From assembly GCF_009914755.1 (NCBI RefSeq), contig NC_060925.1: a stretch of DNA of 64,000 nt, one strand, 5' to 3'. Shown one piece after another: positions 54,840 through 64,000 of the stretch (position 1 is its first letter; each line of letters opens with the position of its first letter). A model generated the notes under the pieces. The model had not been told where the DNA came from and searched no databases. It saw nothing but the letters and a program-made list of their open reading frames with translations. This stretch comes from the human T2T-CHM13v2.0 reference genome, Homo sapiens. The position numbers and the translations under genes were made by a program.

Positions 54840-55775
54840 AACTTCTAGCTACTAATGCTGAATAACAAATTATCCTGAAAGCTAGTGGATTAAAATAACA
54901 ATATTTATTATGCTCACAATTCTACAATTTGGGCGTACTTGGTGGAGCGGCTTGTTGCTGTTCCAGTTGGTGTTAGCTGGGGTAGCTTAATGGTTGGTGT
55001 AATGGTTAATTTTATGTGTCAATTTAGCAAGGTCATAGGACCCAGATACTTGGTTAAACACCAGTGTGGATGTTGCTTTGAAGGTATTTTTTAAACGAGA
55101 TTAACATTTAAATAAGTAAACTTTAAGTAAAGTAAATTACCCTCCATAATGTGGGTGGGGCTCATCCAATCAGTTTCTTAAGTAAAAACACACTGAGGAA
55201 ACAGAAGAGAGGATTCTGCCAGCAGATTGCCTTTGGACTTGAGCTGCAACATCAACTTCCATGGGTCTCTGACTTGCTGGTCTACCCTGCAGACGTCAGA
55301 CTTGCCAGCCTCTGTAATCATGTGATAACTTCTCCGGAGAACCCTGACTAAGACAGCTGGGAACTGGAATAATCTGGAGTCCTTAATCCATCACATGTCT
55401 GGTGGTTAACACTGGAAAGACTTAAACAATTGCGATTAGGAATACCTGGGGCTTCTTGGGCATCTCCATCTCATAGTCTTCCAGGATGGCAGCTTCAGGT
55501 GAACTTTTTTCATGTCAGATCAGGATTCCAAAAGCATTTGTCCCTAGAAAGAGAAAACAGAGCAGAATCTGAATTTTTTATGACTTAACTTCTGAGGTCA
55601 CATTGTACCATTTATGATGTCTTCTATTGGTTGAGGCCATTACAAATGCCCACCCAGACTCAAGAAGAGGGAACTCAGACCCCATCTCTCAATGCAGAAA
55701 TGTCAACATCACATTATAAGAAAAACATGTGGGATGAAATATATTGGTGCAACCATCTTTGGAAAATACCATCTG
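54840..55775 (-). mobile_element. MLT1-like MaLR LTR split by an MLT2 LTR
   Basis: aataacaaattatcctgaaagctagtggattaaaataacaatatttatt ... ccatctttggaaaataccatctgcc, typical of MLT1. Confidence 0.7.
54998..55355 (+). mobile_element. MLT2-type solo LTR
   Basis: TGTAATGGTTAATTTTATGTGTCAA...GAGAACCCTGACTAAGACA; TSD gttgg / gctgg. Confidence 0.85.
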
Positions 55776-55969
55776 CCTCACTAATGTTTTCAAATTCTAA
55801 AACATATTTTCTATTTATTTAGAGTTACTAATGCTTGATGCTCTACTTTTAGAGTGGATCTACTAGTTAATCATTCTTTTTTTTTCCTTTTTTCACTTTA
55901 AGTGGTTATTTTATTATTAGAGAGATGTATACTTGAAAAACTTAATTTCCAGTTTTTAATTCCCCTAAA

Positions 55970-56256
55970 TTTTATTTATTTATTTATTTATTTATTTTTG
56001 AGACAGTGTCTCACTTTGTCGCCTAGGCTGGAGTGCATGGTGCAATCTCAGCTCACTGCAACCTCTGCCTCCCGGGTTCATGCAATTCTCGTGCCTCAGC
56101 TGGGAACCACCAGGCCCAGCTAATTTTTGCATTTTTAGTAGAGACAGGACTTCACCATGTTGCCCAGGCTGGTCTCGAATTCCTGGCCTCAGGTGATCCA
56201 CCCACCTCAGCCTCCCAAAGTGCTGGGATTACAGGTGTGAGCCATTGCACCCAGCC
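55970..56256 (-). mobile_element. Alu SINE
   Basis: (TTTA)n tail plus antisense dimer. Confidence 0.9.
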
Positions 56257-56605
56257 GTAATTCTCCTAAATTTTAATATCTTGATTTTTTTCTTAAAGTC
56301 ACACAAAGTAAGTTCAGCGTAAAACTAAGAAGTTTTCATGTGTCCCTTAAGGCTAGAAAACTGTTTTATAAAAGAACATGTAATGAGAATGCAATTAACG
56401 AAATTGCCATCGAAGACGATGTAATTGTTTGGCTTGAGTGAATCCCAATTTGGACAATGTTAGCATCATCTTCGAGTCTCTTTTTACTTAGAACCAGCTG
56501 TTCTGCTTTTCCACGCCTCTTTCCCTGGTAGGAATTTAGGTAGAGGAGGGGATGGGTTGAGGCAAGAAGATGACATCTCTTGGCTGGTTTGAAAAAGTAC
56601 CTTAG

Positions 56606-57444
56606 CTTATGCAGCCAAAAAACACATGAAAAAATGCTCATCATCACTGGCCATCAGAGAAATGCAAATCAAAACCACAATGAGATACCATCTCACACCA
56701 GTTAGAATGGCAATCATTAAAAAGTCAGGAAACCACAGGTGCTGGAGAGGATGTGGAGAAATAGGAACACTTTTACACTGTTGGCGGGACTGTAAACTAG
56801 TTCAACCATTGTGGAAGTCAGTGTGGCGATTCCTCAGGGATCTAGAACTAGAAATACCATTTGACCCAGCCATCCCATTACTGGGTATATACCCAAAGGA
56901 CTATAAATCCTGCTGCTATAAAGACACATGCACACATATGTTTATTGCGGCATTATTCACAATAGCAAAGACTTGGAACCAACCCAAATGTCCAACAATG
57001 ATAGACTGGATTAAGAAAATGTGGCACATATACACCATGGAATACTATGCAGCCATAAAAAATGATGAGTTCACGTCCTTTGTAGGGACATGGATGAAAT
57101 TGGAAATCATCATTCTCAGTAAACTATCGCAAGAACAAAAAACCAAACACTGCATATTCTCACTCATAGGTGGGAATTGAACAATGAGATCACATGGACA
57201 CAGGAAGGGGAATATCACACTCTGGGGACTGTTGTGGGGTGGGGGGAGGGGGGAGGGATAGCATTGGGAGATATACTTAATGCTAGATGACAAGTTAGTG
57301 GGTGCAGCGCACCAGCATGGTACATGTATACATATGTAACTAACCTGCACAATGTGTACATGTACCCTAAAACTTAAAGTATAATAAAAAAATAAAATAA
57401 AAATAAATCCAAAAATAAATAAATAAATAAATAAATAAATAAAA
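56606..57444 (+). mobile_element. 5'-truncated young L1 (L1PA2-like): ORF2 C-terminus, 3'UTR with G-rich tract, A-rich tail
   Basis: ORF 56626..57180 is the ORF2p C-terminus ([15 protein letters not shown]); lacks the Ta ACA diagnostic (gatgacaagttag) and has cttaaagt; 15-bp TSD gaaaaagtaccttag (56591) / gaaaaagtagcttag (57445). Confidence 0.93.
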
Positions 57445-57769
57445 GAAAAAGTAGCTTAGAGCCAGGATGGGTAGAGTTGATTCTGCCCTACCGTTCCCTA
57501 GGGGTAGTTACTTCTTACTGGAACTGCTGCTAATTTACCTTCAAGGTAGTTGCTGCTGTTTTTTCTTAAATTTTGGCTTAAACTTCGATAAAAATAACAA
57601 CTGTATTTGTCTGTCCAGGGTTACAAAGAGGAAAAGTTTCTTAAGCCTCAAATCAGTAGGATATCATTTCAACTGTGTGAAGTTATTTTCTTGTAACCTT
57701 TATGCCTCCTTCTTGGCTGTTCTTTCTCCCATTCCCCACTAGTATATTAAAATTTCTATTATTTATTTT

Positions 57770-59570
<1,801 letters not shown>

Positions 59571-59581
59571 ACTGGTTTTTA

Positions 59582-60680
59582 GGCTGGGCATGGTGGCCAC
59601 TCATGCCTATAATTCTAGCACTATCGAAGGTGGAGGTGGAAGGATGGCTTGGGCCCAGAGTTTAAGGCCAGCCTGGGCAATGTGACCTGGTCTCTACTAA
59701 AAATGTAAAAATTAGCCAGGTGTGGTGGCATGTACCTGTGGTCCCAGCCATTCAGGAGGCTGAGATGGGAGGATCACTTGAGCCCAAGGAGTCTGAGGTT
59801 ACAGTGAGCTGTGGTCATACCACTCCAGCCTGGCCCATAGAGTGAAACCCTGTGTCAAAAAAATATAAGGCCAGATGCAATGGCTCATGCCTGTAATCCC
59901 AGCACTTTGAGAGGCTGAGGTGGGTGGACCACTTAAGCTCAGGAGTTTGAGACAAGCCTGGTCAATGAAGTGATATCCCATCTCTACAAAAAATACAAAA
60001 ACTAGGTGGGTGTGGTGGCGCATGCCTGTAGTCCCAGCTACTCAGGAGGCTTAGATGAGAGGATGGCTTGAGCCTGGGAAGTTTCAGTGAGCCAAGATCA
60101 TGCCCCTGCTCTCCAGCCTGGAGGACAGAGCTAGACCCTGTCTCAAAAAACATAAAATAAAATAAAGTAAGATAAGATAAGATAAAATAAAATAAAATAA
60201 AATGATTTTTAGGGTTTTTATAAGCATTGAACTTTTCTGGACTGTTGCTGCTAATTTTCAATTTTTCTTTATAATTTCTTCCTTTTATTCAATGTTCCAA
60301 AGGTAAACCATGTTTGCTTATTGCTTTTTAATTCTCTTTTTCCTATTTCTTTCTCCTTTTATCATTTCATTCTTGCCTGTGGAATGTTATTGATGCTTCT
60401 ATGACTGGCTTTCTGCTTTTCTATCTCTACCATTACTTTTTGCTGGCTCAGGTTCTCTCAGAATCCTTCTTTTTGGGCCAGTTGTGGTGGCTCACACCTG
60501 TAATCCCAACACTTTGGGAGACCAGTGCAGGAGGACCCCTTAAGCCCAGGAGTTCAAGACCAGCCTAGGCAACACGGCGACACCCCATCTCTACAAGAAA
60601 TACAAAAATTAGCTGACCGCGCCACTGCACCCCAGGCCGGGCAACAGAGTGAGACCCTGTCTCAAAACAAACAAACAAAA
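59582..60680 (+). mobile_element. Three sense AluJ-like elements (59582-59864, 59869-60200, 60476-60680 internally deleted)
   Basis: Alu consensus. Confidence 0.87.
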
Positions 60681-61427
60681 AGAATCCTTCCTTTTGGTAA
60701 AGGTTATGTCTTTGGTAAAGGTCATTATTCATGCATGCGACTAAACAAGACTCAGGGGTGTAATAATAGAAGCAACTTTATTTTGTTCTCTCACTGTCCT
60801 AAGTGGGGAAATTCCTTTTACTCCTGCGTAAAAACTCAGGCAAGCCCCATGACTTTTCTCATCCATTGTAGTTAATAAAAGTCTTATATCACATTAGCTT
60901 GCAAACACAGTATTAATTTAGTAATAAAATATTCAGCCCAGTATATGAATCAACATTTTAATCTTTACTCAAAGGTACAACTTCTATCCGTTTTGATCTA
61001 GGACTTCCTGCATTAGTGCTGCCTCCTTCCATGAAGTGAGGCGTGGTCCTTCTTTTCTCCTTTCCTGTCTGGAGTATATCCGTTTCCTCAGGTTTGCTAA
61101 TTATTATTCCTACCCTGCCCAGGGTGGAAGGCAGGGAACTGAGGAGTCAGGGAAGAGCCGTAAGGGATACAAGAACATTCTTACGTGACTGGTACTGTTG
61201 TAAGGTGGCTTTACCCCAGGCTTGGTAGATAGGTAAAGCCCATTGTTTCTCTTAGAGGTCCTGGGTTCTTTAAGGATTCTCCTGCTCAGCCTCTGCAGCT
61301 ACAACTCTCTGGATGTGTATATTGCCTCCCCTTTGGGTGGCCACTCCCAGTGTCCTGTAGCCAAATATTCCTCTTTCTCTGGGGTCCACTCAAGCTGGTA
61401 GGCTGCCTCCTTAGGGGGATCCCTTCC

Positions 61428-62928
<1,501 letters not shown>

Positions 62929-63799
62929 TTAAAATGTGCATCTTGTGCTCCTGTCTCACAACTTACTCTGGTTGCTGCTATCAGTTTGTTTTCGGACCTC
63001 ACTCAAAAATTTCAATTTTTAACTTTCAATTGTAGTCAAATACGGTTAAATGCTGCCTTTGTAGATATGCCTATTTTTTTTTTTTTGCATTCTGGATTTG
63101 ATATCACAGAGGTTTCTATAATCAATATTTCCTTTGCTGTATGCTCATGTACACATACTCACATATATACACACAAATATTTATATACATGAAGATAGAT
63201 GGTTATGCCTATTTTCTTATCAAAGACATTTATTTTTGATAAATTTCAGTTTTTTCTTAATTCTGCCCAGCAGAATAACAAATCCCCTAGAAAAGTACAA
63301 GACTAAGCCAAAAGACCAACTCTAGAAAAAATAAAAGTAACCAGAAAACCTACCCCTAAACTTGGTATCTGCATAGTTTGTTAAAATGAAAGGGAGATTT
63401 GTTATGGTTGAATTTATTATTGAAAAGATGGTGGACAAGATTACAGATCAGACTTGGCATCTAGGCTTGACATTTCCTTAGGAATGCCTTTAGTTAATCC
63501 TGACACATATTTTTATTCAATTAACTACAAATAGTGAATGACATCATTACAGCACCAAAGCTGTATCTTTCCATTTCTTAGTTTGTTGTCTAGAGATTAA
63601 TATCAAATTTTGCATTCCCAGGAAAGAAAACATCACTATTCACCTAGAATTTAAATTCAACAAATAAATTTAATTCAACAAATATTGAATACCTAATTAT
63701 ATGCAAGGCACTAATACAGTGTATTAAAAATAGTAAAAATAAGCAACATTTTTGAGCACCTATTATGTGCCAACTATATGTCCTTCACATGTGTTATTT

Positions 63800-63955
63800 C
63801 TTTTTCAACACAGCTTTATGGATATATACTTCACATATCATACAATTCACCTATTTAAAGCATACAATTGAATGGGTCTTAGTATGTTCACAGAGTTGTG
63901 CAACTGTTGCCACTATCAATTTTAGAACATTTTCATCGCATAAAAAAGAAACTCT
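63800..63955 (-). mobile_element. L1M (L1MB/MC-like) 3' end, followed by an Alu running off the window (63958-64000)
   Basis: agctttatggatatatacttcacatatcatacaattcacctatttaaag...ttcacagagttgtgcaac...ttttagaacattttcatc. Confidence 0.75.
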
Positions 63956-64000
63956 GGGGCCGGGCACAGTGGCTCACGCCTGTAATCCCAGCACTTTGGG

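Overview
Human (primate) genomic DNA, very Alu-rich (roughly 60 Alu/FLAM pieces). The left half carries the 3' part of TOR1AIP1 (LAP1, inner nuclear membrane torsin activator) on the + strand: seven short internal coding exons (exons 3-9 by recalled numbering), one 45-nt cassette exon, the large last exon (TM helix plus luminal domain, stop at 31907) and a ~1.8 kb 3'UTR ending near AATAAA 33715. The right half is intergenic and made mostly of transposon remnants: a nested MER21/Tigger3/Tigger2/L1 cluster, an ERV1-type pol remnant split by Alus and an MLT2 solo LTR, an L1PA2-like 3' end and two apparent mRNA retrocopies. There is also a full-length 7SL pseudogene. The most notable pattern is that every internal TOR1AIP1 exon is a symmetric phase-1 mini-exon, and the introns hold several more exon-like phase-1 units (4285, 13086, 22108, 22980, 25212). 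One of these matches a peptide recalled from mouse LAP1, suggesting exon birth and death in the nucleoplasmic linker. No CRISPR array, prokaryotic-type system or new protein-coding gene is supported. Repeat family names and variant IDs are from memory and need RepeatMasker/dbSNP confirmation.
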